A stretch of 64,000 nucleotides of DNA from the human T2T-CHM13v2.0 reference genome, Homo sapiens, in NCBI RefSeq assembly GCF_009914755.1, contig NC_060929.1; one strand, written 5' to 3'. The position numbers were made by a program, and so were the translations under genes. Numbering within the stretch: the first letter of the stretch is position 1; each line of letters starts with the position of its first letter. Of this stretch, positions 25,469 through 42,870 are shown piece by piece. The notes beneath the pieces are model-generated. The model searched no databases and was not told where the DNA came from. It saw only the letters and a program-made list of their open reading frames with translations.

Positions 25469-28400
25469 CTGGTTCTTTTTTCTTCTTCTTTAGGTGGTTA
25501 CCCCCAGGCAATCTGCTCAGTTGGGACATATCTCCATCACCAAAACCCTGTTGACGTTTGGTGATGTCTGGAGGGAGAACCTCAACCTAGAACATTTTCA
25601 TAGTATGAAGGGAAACCAGACTGAGAATGTAGTCATTTATGATGGGGTTAAAAGTGGTAGTATTTCTAGTACCATGGATTTTCTGAGAACACTCCCTTCC
25701 ATTGTATAAGCTCACTCATGAGATCATAATGTCATATGAAAAGTTACTTAGTGAGCAGAACTTGTTAGAATGGAAAAATTGGAAGATTCATGAGATATTT
25801 CCACCAGTCCACACATTACAGATGGTTATCTGCCTCTATAACGAGTAGCAATACTCTAGAATCAAAACATTTGATTCCTTCAAATTTCTTCCTAGCAGAG
25901 ACTGGGTAACTCAAAGTCTTCAGCAATTTCCTTTTCACTCCCTAGAGTCGAAAACTTTCCCCATCCTAACTTTTTGACAACAAAGTAATTATTGCAACAT
26001 ATTATGCCATTAAGAAGGTTATTGGTTGTTTATCTTATGTCACCCTGTGTTTCTCGTGAAAGACACCCTAGCCCCATCGGCAGGACAACACAAACACCTC
26101 TCAGGGAAAGCTCCCTTTGCCATCAGCTGGTGTCCTTCATTGAGTATAGATTTCTACTTGTTTCAGTTTCAGAAGTGAACATTGCCTCACCTAAAGCCCC
26201 TGAACTCCAGGAGCACCTTTCCCATCCTGTGAGATTTCTTAGTGAAACTATATTGTTGGGCTTAAAGCAGTGTAATAGGGCATCAGCAAGTGAGTCACCA
26301 TGATGTCATGATGGCTGGCACTGATCTTAATCGCATCAGAAGGCCGTGCTGTGACCTCTTTCTTAGAGGATCCTTAATGTCATTCTTTTCACTTTCTACC
26401 CACTTGTGAAGCTACCCCCTTTTCTTTTGCATTTAGATGAGGCTGGGAATTACTCAAAATACTGGAATAAACAGAATGCAAGGTTTGTAATCAAACAGAG
26501 GTGGAGCAGTCCCTTGATGATGGCATATGGGGTCCCCTACACCTGGAACCAGGGATCACCCATCCATTAAGTACATTCTTAGGGTATGTGTGCGAGGAAC
26601 TCTGAAAGAAGAAATGACCCGGAGGCATCATGACAGAATTGCATATATGTTTCAGAATTGGGTCTTCAGAAAAAACTGCTGTCCTTTGCTTCACTCTAAA
26701 CATGAATTAGCCTTAAAAGTAGCCCACAGCTTTTTTGGGAATGTTTGTAAATCATATTTCTCAATAATGCTCAGTGGTAGATGTACAAGAAGATTCAATC
26801 AATTACCTTAACTAAACCATGTATGTTGGGCTATGCAATACATGCCCAATATATAACACTTTACAAACCCTCAGCCAATTGAAAAAGAAAACAAACCACA
26901 TAACCTTTATTGCAGACAAAGGTAAATTGGAGATGTCACTTAGGCTGAGAGCCATAAGAGACTATTCCCTGAGTTCCAGAATTAAACTGATTTCTCCCTC
27001 TAGTACCAACTAGTGTTGGAGTGGGGAGGCTCCAGCGAGGGACCCGCACAGTAAGACTTGCAGAGTAAAGGAGCTCAGGTGACCTCATGCTTTCCCTGGG
27101 TAAATCCACTCTCAAGTGAGAAAAGGACAGAGCCCAGCTGAGCATGCCATTACTCTCCCCAGAGTGAGCAGAGGAGTCACTCACCTCTGCCAAGACAAGG
27201 CACAGTTAGTTACACCCACTGGGTTCTAGTCACAGGAAGGAAACACCAGGAGATGGAAGCAAGCTGTTGCCACAGCTATGCAGACATGGTTCAATCAATA
27301 TTCTCTTAAACAGCTGAGGTTCAACCTGTTACTAAACAGGGGGATTCCATACCAGATTAGGATAGGGTGGTGATATTGTGATGTCTCATGTCGTACGTCA
27401 CAGCTAAGGCTGAGATCACGAAGAACGTAGAGGTGACATAAGATGTTTTGATAAATTATGCCTTGAGAATAGGCAAAAGAAATCACTTCCTAGTTAAAAG
27501 CTAAAATCAGCCATCGAGCACACAGAGCAGAATGTCAGTTCTGTCTTTAGGGAATGAAGGAAAGTGTGAACAGGCTGCCCAGGCATAGTTGAGGGACAGC
27601 ACCCATCTCAGGGTCACACAGGGGAGGAGCTGGGCAAACATCCCATCAGAGAAACATGCTCCTGGAAACAGGTGAATCCCGAGCCTGCACTGCGGGAGCA
27701 GCCTGCCTCTGTAGGCCAGGCAGTCCCTAGCAGGAGGGAGAGCTCCTGGCCCTCAGTCCCAGCTTGCTTTGCTGGAGCAGCCAACTTTTTCTGTACCTGC
27801 CAATCTCCTCTCCAAACTAACACAGGGGATCTAGACTTCTTCAGGGACTAACACCACCCCCTACATCTTTCCATCACGATTGATCTCAGGGGAGGTTCTA
27901 GAGTTCCTATGTGGGGGAAGCTTGGAGGCAGCTCTCTGGACACAAGGCGGAGGACTAGGGTTATTATTCTTATCTTGAAAGTGCTTCTGATCAAACCCCC
28001 TTATATTGTAGATTTAGCTTGGCATGTCTTGAGGCAGGGAGAAGTATCTTCATTTCCTGCAGCTAAAAACCATAAGAAATATGCTTCTCATCAAAGTTAA
28101 ATGTACTGCTTTATTGCAGCAAGGGAGACAGCATGGCATGGAGAACCATGGCATCTCAGTGACAGGGGCTTTGAAAGGATGTGGGTTTGCATATGAGATT
28201 TTGGAAATGACTCAAGGAACCACCGTTGTGCTCTGGACAACGCCATCAGAAAGCAGCGATGATTCTGTGGTTGGCGCTCCCAGGGAATCCTATCCAGGTG
28301 TGAGGAAGCAGGAATCACTCATAGTGGCTGTGAGAGAGTGATGTTTGGTCATATGCGGTTTTGTGATTTGGGCAACATTATTACTTTTGTCTGTGTTCAG

Positions 28401-28856
28401 AGGTGATCGCTGAGGTGTGTGTGTGTGTGGTTGGTTGGTTTTTGTTTTTTTCTCCATAATCATCAGAGTGGCTTTGTCTGCTGCTGATGTTTTATGAAAC
28501 TGTTTCTGTGCAACCGGAGGCCCCCCTGGCTGAGCTGATAAAAACACACACAGCGCCAATTGTTTTATAATTGCTTATGGTCTCTGGTGATTATGGAAGG
28601 ACTTAATTCCCCTCAAGCCACCCATGGTCTTTCAGCCAGCTTGTAAACCACATAACTTAGCATTATTCTTCATCTCTTAAAAGAATAATAGTGCTGACAA
28701 TGATAATAACAATCAGAATTGGTATTAACACACACACTGCAGGGTTACCTGTGGAGCCCTCTCCACATACACTCAGGGCTCTCCCAGAGCATTCCTCTTG
28801 CTGGTCAGGCTATGGCAAAGTCCCTTTAGGTGAAGAGCCAATGGCATCATATTCTA

Positions 28857-30650
<1,794 letters not shown>

Positions 30651-30665
30651 AAGAAAGCTCTCTGT

Positions 30666-30957
30666 GGCTGGGCGTGGTGGCTCACATGTGTAATCCCAAC
30701 ACTTTGGGAGGCCAAGGCAGGCGGATCACAGGGTCAGAAGTTTGAGACCAGCCTGACCAACATGCTGAAACCCCGTCTTTACTAAAAATACAAAAAAACT
30801 TACCCAGGCATGGTGGCACGTGCCTGTAATCCCAGCTACTCAGGAGGCTGAGGCAGGAGGATCGCTTGAACCCAGGAGGCGGAGGTTGCAGTGAGCAGAG
30901 ATCGAGGCACTGCACTCCAGCCTGGGCAAGAGAGGGAGACTCCTTCTCAAAAAAAAG
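30666..30957 (+). mobile_element. AluS (AluSg-like)
   Basis: Full dimer; flanked by agaaagctctc at 30652-30662 and 30958-30968. Confidence 0.95.
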
Positions 30958-31829
30958 AGAAAGCTCTCCTCAACATCTTGCCACACAGACTGAGGGGGGA
31001 TATGGCACTTATCAATTTCACGTGTCCGGGACACAGCTCTAGAGATGGTACCTGGAGAACCATCATCACCTTTCTACAATGCTCACATTTAAATAAAAAA
31101 TTAGTCTCCATTCAGCCCAGATTCATGAATTGATAGCTTTATTACCTGGGAGGAAAAATATTTGCTGACATAAATGAATACAAAAGACAGCAGCAGTTTC
31201 AAGGAGAAACAGTGAAAACACACAGCAGGCTAGAATTTTACAAATCATTAGATTTGTTTACTCTATAAATATGCAATTCATTCAGAGTAATTAATCTGAA
31301 AGGGAACATTAGTTAAAATTTATTTGTGTTGTTCAGGTGCCTGAGCAACTTAAAATCATTTTCCAAGGAGAATGATACCTGAGATGATCAAATAAGTATA
31401 TTCTGTGGATTATGGGCACCTATAACGTTGTGACTCAAAAGCTCAAGCAGACTTCCTGCTTCTTACTCTGTTTTTCTATTTCCCTGTCTCCCCTGCCCTA
31501 ACTCTCTCCAGATGCTATAGATGAAGAAGAAATTTCTCTGCATGTCTCTGTGCCAGCATCAGGTGCACCTAAGGTGCAAACTGGGGTGTAGCAGTAAGCT
31601 GAGGAGTGGAGCAGTAAGCTAAGGAGTCTGACTCCAAGTGTCTGTCATTACTACTGCCACTGTGCTAATCAGAACCTGGAGTGAGGTCATGCCAACTCCA
31701 TCCTCAGCCCATTATCTCCCAATCTCAACCCAAGCTCAACTCTTGATGACTGGTGTAAACCTTGTTGCTCACACAATTTCTCTATACCAAAGTGGTCAGG
31801 GGTGTTGCTTATTCAAGATTGGCAGATAT

Positions 31830-32250
31830 GTGAACCACGATCTCATTTTCCACCTCTCCGCTCCATGTACCCCATGCTCCCAGCACACAATTTTTCATTA
31901 GTCCTTAAACAAGCAATGCTCTTGGCAGCTCTTTGCTTTGTACATGCTGTGCAGCTGCCCAGAGCATCCTTACCACATCTCCTTACAACACTCTAACATC
32001 TCCTAAAGACCCAGATGGAGTTCCACCCCTTCTGTGAAATTTTTTCCCAAATCCCTCCGTTTCATCATCTTCTATCCCTCATAGCCTCTGTAAAAGTCTC
32101 TATGAGACCATGGACCACTTTTACCGTGGTTTGCTTGCACTTCTATCTCTGCCAGATCACCTACCAACTCTACATGGGCTTGGAAAAGAGACGTAAGTGT
32201 TCCATATATTACCCAAATATGGTCTCCCCAGGATCACCCACAGCATATAA
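31830..32250 (+). mobile_element. L2 fragment
   Basis: ctttgtacatgctgt...aagacccagat...ttctgtgaaa resembles a degenerate L2 3' region. Confidence 0.55.
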
Positions 32251-32719
32251 TTTTTAGAATTTTTTTCTTCCACCACATCATATCATAATATATTAAGTGT
32301 CTCCCTATTTGACATTATTGTGGCTCCATAATTTTGTCACAGCTCTAGTTTACTTTTTGCCATGTTGTTTTAATGATATTTTTTCATGCCTCCTTAAGAT
32401 TACAAAGAAGCCTTCATACGTTTTCTCTATGAAAAGTAAAATATTGAGAAAAGAATTGGAGAACAGGAGATTTATAATTTCAAAGTTGAGCCCCCAAAGC
32501 AAGTATGAAAAGGTATTCAAAATTTGAAAGAGGAAAGAAGGACTAGATTTATTTTTGTGTGTTAGCTCACGGTATTGATTTTTTTAACCAACGGTGGTTT
32601 TGGGTAAGACAGAAGCCACAGCTGAACTGATGAACTAAAGTCCTATTCAACTTTAGATATTTCTCTTCAATAATCTCATCCTTTTTCTCCTTTCTTTTTA
32701 CTTTCACAAAGCAGGGGGC

Positions 32720-33205
32720 TATACTGGTTCAATATGAGAGTTCTCCAGAGAAACAGAATTGGTAGGAGGTACATATGTAGATAGATAGAGTTATCATGAG
32801 GAATTGGCTCATACGAATATAAAGACTACAAAACCCAGACCCAGGAGAGCCAACAGTATGTTCCGTCTCAATTTGAAGGCCTGAGAATCAGGGGAGCTAA
32901 TAGTGTAAGTTCCAGTCAGAATTTGAGTCTGAAGGCTGGAAAATATCAATGACCCAGCTTGAAGACAGTCAGACAGAAAATGACTTCTTTTTTTTTCTTA
33001 CTCAGTCTTTTGTTCTACTGAAGCCTTCAACAGATTAGATGAAGCTCACCTACATTGTGGAAGGAAACCTGTTTTACTCCTTCTATCAATTGAAATGTTA
33101 ATCTTATCCAGAAACACCGTCACAGACATACTCAGAATATTGTTTGACCAAATATCTGGGCACCAATGACCCAGTCAAGCTGACACACAAAAAAATGACC
33201 TTTCC
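32720..33205 (-). mobile_element. MLT2B-like ERVL LTR
   Basis: gttctccagagaaacagaa...gaggaattggctcat...ccaaatatctgggcacc...cccagtcaagctgacaca. Confidence 0.85.
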
Positions 33206-33331
33206 CAGTTTTTGTGAGAGATCAGAGATTGATCCTAAAGGAGGGAAAATAAGAAAATAGAAAAACAGACAAACAAAACGACAAAACTTCTTTCCTTAAC
33301 TGATATGCTCACCATTTCTGACCCTTTAAAA

Positions 33332-33509
33332 CAGGTTTCTGGACTTTGCCCCTATTGATATTGGGGCTTAACAATTCTCTGTTGCGTGGAAGTCTTCTCT
33401 ATTGCAGGATGTTTACCAGCATCCACTACATGCCAGTAACACTGCTCCCCAAGTTGTGGCAACCAAATATCCCCTGGGGGGCAAAATCACCCCCGGTTGA
33501 GAACTACTG
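33332..33509. mobile_element. MER20 (hAT-Charlie MITE)
   Basis: ttgcaggatgtttaccagcatcc...ggcaaaatcacccccggttgagaactactg. Confidence 0.85.
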
Positions 33510-33518
33510 CTCTGCAGC

Positions 33519-33982
33519 CACAGTTCCCAAACTGTACGCTGAGGTTCCCTGGGGCACTGAAGGAACTCGCAAGGGTACCAAGGCATGTCTTACAATTTCT
33601 AGGGAAACACAGTGATATTTGTCTAACCCCCACAGGAACTACTAATCTATAATTTGTAGTTTATAATGTTAACATTAAATGACTATACTACTTTTGGTAA
33701 TATTCTGTATTTGTGAATCTGAGTTTCAGGAATAGCAAAGTACTGCATCAAAAATCAGTGTGGAGCAGGAAATTAATATGGCAGTATCCAATCTGATTCC
33801 AAGGTTGGGAAATTCATTCTGTGCAATAGTGGTAACTTATCATAATTCAAATGTTTACAAAATTGTTTGTACTTAGCTGTATAATTAACTGAATTGTAGG
33901 TATTTCTTTTGCCCTAGGAGTCCCGTGAAGAAACAATTGAGGTGATACAGCTACCATGAACCAAGAGAGTTTGAAACCTCTG
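33519..33982. mobile_element. hAT-Charlie DNA transposon relic (Charlie2-like)
   Basis: Imperfect TIRs (cacagttcccaaact / agtttgaaacctctg) and a transposase 3' remnant aaaatcagtgtggagcaggaaat...tccaatctgattccaagg. Confidence 0.65.
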
Positions 33983-34545
33983 CCCAAGATGTGCCCATTC
34001 CTAATATGTAGGGTGAGGAATCACCTTTTGCATATGTACTTTTTTTTCAAAATTTAGTATGTGTACAACACTGAACATAATTTTTGTGGGGGACATATGT
34101 GAGGGAGTTTGGATATAAGTAGATACCATAATTCTTTTTACCACTCATTTGAAGATGAGTTGATAAAGCTGCCCATAACATTGGTATTGTTAATAAGCCC
34201 AAGGACATTTTGAGGGTGTTTACAAGACTATTGTAATTGACTTTCTCTTTTAGTCTTACTAAATAATGTGCATGATATTACGGAGACCTTGACTATCACC
34301 TCCACTGCACACAAAACACACTTAATAATTTTCTTGGGTTCAACAAGATCTTTGTATAGTGTAAGGAAGCAACCCTCCTTTAGAAGGGGAATCATTGAGG
34401 CAAGGACCAGGAAAGGAGAAGCATTCTTGACCTCAGGAAAAGCTGATAGAAAGAAGGTATCAAGAAAGATGAGGAAAGAGAGAAGATCCTACAGCTAAGA
34501 GAGGAAAAGTAATATTGTAGATGCATGTAAAGAAGACATTTTGGT

Positions 34546-34893
<348 letters not shown>

Positions 34894-35169
34894 CTAGTTA
34901 AGTGAGAAAAGACAATGGTGGCTAAACAAAACAAGTGGGGGCCTGGAAGAGAAAAGAATCTAGAAGATGTATTTTAGAAAAATATACACATAGAGGATAA
35001 TATTGTGAGGAGAAGGAAAGAATATTTGCATTAGAGGAGGAAGAATTAGAACAAAGTTGGATACCCTTGGAGAATAAATTTCTGTATCTAGACCAAGCTG
35101 AATTTGATGGAGTGTTGCCCTATCGATAAGAAAAACTGGACAAATAAATGCATTAAATTTAATCAGCTT

Positions 35170-35710
35170 TGGTAGATCATGTTTACAAAGATGGTAGCAA
35201 ACATATTACCAACCCTACATGCTCTTTCACAATGTAACTTTGTCATCCCTGATCTAGAGATGGAATCAAATTCCTTTCCTCTTGAATCTGGGCTGGCCCT
35301 GTGGTTAATCTGAAGGTAAATCATGTTCTGGGACTTCTGAGCTCAGGCATTAAAGAGACCTGGAAGCTTCTGCTTTTGTGCTCTAAGGGAAATTGGCTAT
35401 TATCTAAGAATTTGAACTAATCTCAAATGACCATACTGCAAGAAGACAAACATAGCCTTGTAAAGACATCATGTGGGGCAAACCAAGGATCCAACCCTCA
35501 GTCCCTGCTGAGCTCCCAGCCAGCCGTCTGGAGTGAGGCATAGGAGTGAGGCCATCTTGGAAACGGAACTTCTAATCCTAGTAGAGTCATCCCAATTGAG
35601 GCCATACAGAGCAGAGTTCAGTTGTGTTCAATGAGCCCTTGCCAAATTGTATCATTTTGAGCACATCAATGTTATTTTAAGCCACTGAGTTTTGCAATGT
35701 ACAATTTGAG
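35170..35710 (+). mobile_element. MLT1 (G/H-like) MaLR LTR
   Basis: cttgaatctgggctggccctgtg...gagtgaggccatcttgga...ttttaagccactgagttttg. Confidence 0.8.
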
Positions 35711-35829
35711 GTTCTCTAGCCTCAACAGATTATGTAAATACAGATGTATATAAATAGTGGTTGCCCCAACTTACTGGGCTCTTGACTACACTTGACTTAC
35801 TTAAGTTAACTCCCATAGGCTTTCTCTGA

Positions 35830-36110
35830 ATGAGTTAGGGCCCAGATAAGAAAACAGGCACCACTCTAGAGAGTTCAAACAGGAGAAATTCAGTACAGGG
35901 ATCTGTAGCACATGAGAAAGAAGAAAGAGAAAGCAAATGCTAAGCAACCCAGGGTGTTGATAAACACTTGAAAGCTGCTAACATCCCTGGGACTGAGCAA
36001 TAGGAAGGGGAAAAATAACCAGAATCCAGAATCTAGAATTGTCTTATGGAGACCGCCTGGTGGAAGTGGGGACCACAGAGAGTGAGGTTGACCAGAAGGA
36101 AGTGGATCCA
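35830..36110 (-). mobile_element. Old LTR fragment (LTR33-like)
   Basis: aaacaggcaccactctagagagttcaaacaggagaaattcagtacaggga resembles the antisense end of old ERVL LTRs. Confidence 0.4.
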
Positions 36111-36128
36111 CAAAGAAGATTCAGTCTT

Positions 36129-36459
36129 TTTTTTTCTTTTTTCTTTTAGATGGAGTTTCGCTTTTTTCTTGTTGCCCAGGCTGGAGTGCAATGGCACAAT
36201 CTTGGCTCACTGTAACCTCCGCCTCCCGAGTTTAAGCCTCCGCCTCCCTAGTAGCTGGGATTACAGGCGCCCACCACCACGCCCAGCTAATTTTCTTTCT
36301 TTCTTTCTTCCTTTTTTTTTTTTTTTTTTCCTATTTTCAGTAGAGACGGGTATTCACTATATTGGCCGGCCTGGTCTCAAGCTTCTGACCTCAGGCGATC
36401 CACCCGCCTCTACCTCCCAAAGTGCTGGGAATTACAGGCATGAGCCACCGTGCCCAGCT
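36129..36459 (-). mobile_element. AluS (Sq/Sp-like)
   Basis: Antisense dimer with expanded middle T-tract; TSD gaagattcagtctt at 36115-36128 and 36460-36473. Confidence 0.95.
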
Positions 36460-37699
36460 GAAGATTCAGTCTTCTTTAGGATTCCTACTTCTGTCTCCAA
36501 TTCCCCTCATTTTCATTTGATCCAGTGTATGACTGCAGCGACTGATATGTTAAAAAAACAATTTAAGTGGAAAACACTATGTTATATGCAAAATTATCCA
36601 ACATCTGGGATAAGAAAAGTCTGATACAGTTTTCTAATCATATAGGAAACCTCCTCTTCCCTGAAGCTTCAGTCTGCATTCAAATTCACTTCTGATGAAT
36701 TAATTGCCAAGTACACTGCCCAGACACATTAGGAATGCAGAAATGTGCTGACCTCACCAAGCCAGAGTGACACTGTTGTCAGGGATAGGGTCACGGGTAG
36801 GTGACCTCACAAGTGGGAGCCCTACACTGCGTAATTTCCTTTCTTGTTGAGGAAATTTGAGGAAGTGTGATTCCTAGAGCCAATCATTTGATTCATTATT
36901 TTCCCACCTCTTTCTTGTTTACTCATTTCTCTGACATCTTCCCATAAACTTCATATGTCCTCCTGGGCTGTGCCCTGTAAAATGTTCTTTCTCAGGCCAC
37001 TAAACCCCCGGGTTATGTGTTTTGTTACCTTGGATTCTTAGGGTGTGCAGCCTAAGTCCAGGCCAGGGGAGGAGATGGTGAAGCAACGTTGCAAAGGAAC
37101 AACACCCTGGGAGGAATTAGCCTCTTCAACACTGGGTGGGAGGGGCAAGGGGATAACCAGAAAGGAATGATTAAAATCTTAGCCAAGAACCCAGAATGAA
37201 ATGGGAACCTGCTGGGATCATCCTCAGACATCTCTAACTCCCTGATCGCAGTCATTAAAATGTGCCTCCTGGTGGTGTAATATCGATCCTTATATGTCTC
37301 ATCCTTTATAAGCAGTAATCACTTTACACAAAAATATAGGTCAGTCAATAAGAAGAGCCTTTCCAAACAATTAAATGTGCTGGTCTGATGTCTATTGGGA
37401 TATCAGAATCTTTAGGAACTCATGAGCAATTTCATTATTGAATCACAGTGGGGAAAGGAAATTAAAAAGTTAAGGATTTAAAAAAATACAAATGTAAGAA
37501 TATTAAACCAATTGCCTATTAAGACATCCTTAGTTGATTTAAAGCAACTTCTTCATCATCCTAGTTTTATATTTTGGTGAGAAAACAAATTTCTGTATAA
37601 AGTGTTGTGCTATCTTAAGAGCAAAGCTTCTTTGTCTACTATATTGTTACAGAAAATTTTTGTAGAAATTTTTTTTTTACATTTTAAAAATGAATCCAC

Positions 37700-38144
37700 C
37701 ACAATTCACAATTGCAGAAATATGGACCCAACCTAAATGCAACCAACAAGTGGATAAAGAAAATGTGGTATATATACACTATGGAATGTTACTCAGCCAT
37801 AAAATGGAATGAAATAATGGCCTTTGCAGCAACTTGAATGGAGTTGGAGGCTATTATTCTAAGTGAAGCAACTCAGAAAAGGAAAACCAGGTATCATTTG
37901 TTCTCACTTATAAATGAGAGCTAAGCTATGAGGACACAAAAGTAAAAGAATGATAAGATGGACTTTGGACACTCATGGGGAAGGCTGGGAGTGGGTGAGG
38001 GATAAAAGACTACATGTTGGGTACAATGTATATATTGCTTGAGTGACAGGTGCACCCACATCTCAGAAATCATCACTCAAGAACTTATCCATGTAACCAA
38101 ACACCAGCTGTCCCCCAAAAACTATTGAAATAAAATTAAAAAGT
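37700..38144 (+). mobile_element. L1PB-like 3' end
   Basis: ctaagctatgaggacacaaa...ggataaaagactacat...catgtaaccaaacacca...aactattgaaataaaa; degenerate TSD aaaat(g/a)a..ccaccac. Confidence 0.9.
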
Positions 38145-39336
38145 AAAATAAAGCCACCACTAACACATTTATTTTAAAATTGAAATTTTCCTTCAATGGG
38201 CCTCTGGAAGCACCCATCACTGGCCATCCTACAGAGACAAGGACAACACAGTGACGAGGAGGAAAAGGAGAGGCATGGACCCTCAATCGTGTAGCGGGAA
38301 GCTATGAGCACCCTGTTTAAAGCATTTTCTACTACAATAACCATAGTTTCTTCTATTTACCCTCCTTCCTGAGTGTACTAGCATTACATCTCAGTGACCT
38401 AGGATGGAATAACCAAAGGAAGGTTTAAACTGTATGCCTCTCTTTGCCTTGTGAAAACCATGAGGACTGTCTCACTGAAGGAATCCTGCAGAGCTCTCCT
38501 GGAGCAGAAAATCTAAAAGCACCCCTCGTAACATCACCCTTCCTTCAAGACACACTGCAATATTTTATCCCTATAGCAGCCACCACTGCCCTCACCCCCC
38601 ATCCCCCAATATCTTTGTACTTTCAGGCACAAGTGACATAATTGCAAGTCAGGAAAGAGTCTGGATAACAAGAAGCTGGGCAGTGGTGGACATGATGCAG
38701 GCAGTGCCTGGGCAGTTTTCTCAGCTCCTGTAAAATAATTATTTTATTTCTCCACCACTAATGACAATCATGGTGATGACCCCACAGTTCTGATGGGATT
38801 AGCCACACTCCAGTGACTGGCCTTGGCAGTTTTCTTGGTTCAATAGTCAGAAGACTTCTATTTTCAACATGTGTGTTATTTTCCCCTTTTAAAAGTTGAA
38901 ATCATGTAAATTTCTAAGGATCAAGTAAAAACATGCAGAGGAGAAAAACATGTATTTTTCTAATAGATGGACATTTTCCAGAAACAAAATATTTGCAAAA
39001 TATTTTAAGCTGGTCATGGAAACAATGGTCTGCACAGTTGCTCCCAGTATTATTGATGACCCAGTCTCCATTTGTCTAGCTGGCAGTTCTTGATGGCTCA
39101 GCAACATTGAGTTGGGGGCACCGATCTTAGAAATAAGAGCTGCCATATACTGGAACTTAACCTAGTAAATGATACTGTTAATCCTAGTTAAGCTGAAGTC
39201 CAAATAATTGGAAAGCAAAGAATAGTTCATGGATGTTTCTTTATGCTCCTAAACACTGTGAATTATTTCTCAGTGATGTTACCTGAGAATATTTATAAAT
39301 ACCTGAAAAACCAAGGACCAATCATTTTCAGAATTA

Positions 39337-42682
<3,346 letters not shown>

Positions 42683-42735
42683 GTATTCTAATAACAGTTC
42701 ATAATATCTTCCCTTGGGAAACAAACCGCTGGCTC

Positions 42736-42870
42736 TTTTTTCTTCCTTCCCTTCCTCCCTCTCCTCCCTCTCCTCTCCCTTCCTTCCTTCCTTCCTTCCT
42801 TCCTTCCTTCCTTCCTTCCTTCCTTCCTCCCTCCTTCCCTCCCTCTCTCTCTCCCTCCCTCTCTCCCTCT
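42736..42870. repeat. (CCTT)n / CT-rich polypyrimidine repeat
   Basis: About 135 bp purine-free strand with a CCTT core. Confidence 0.95.

Noticed and set aside
36046-36624. 192-aa ORF
   Set aside because: The core ([20 protein letters not shown]...) is antisense Alu translation, not a gene. The same applies to ORFs at 2313-2621, 21466-22099, 30682-31133, 49530-50042 and 57208.
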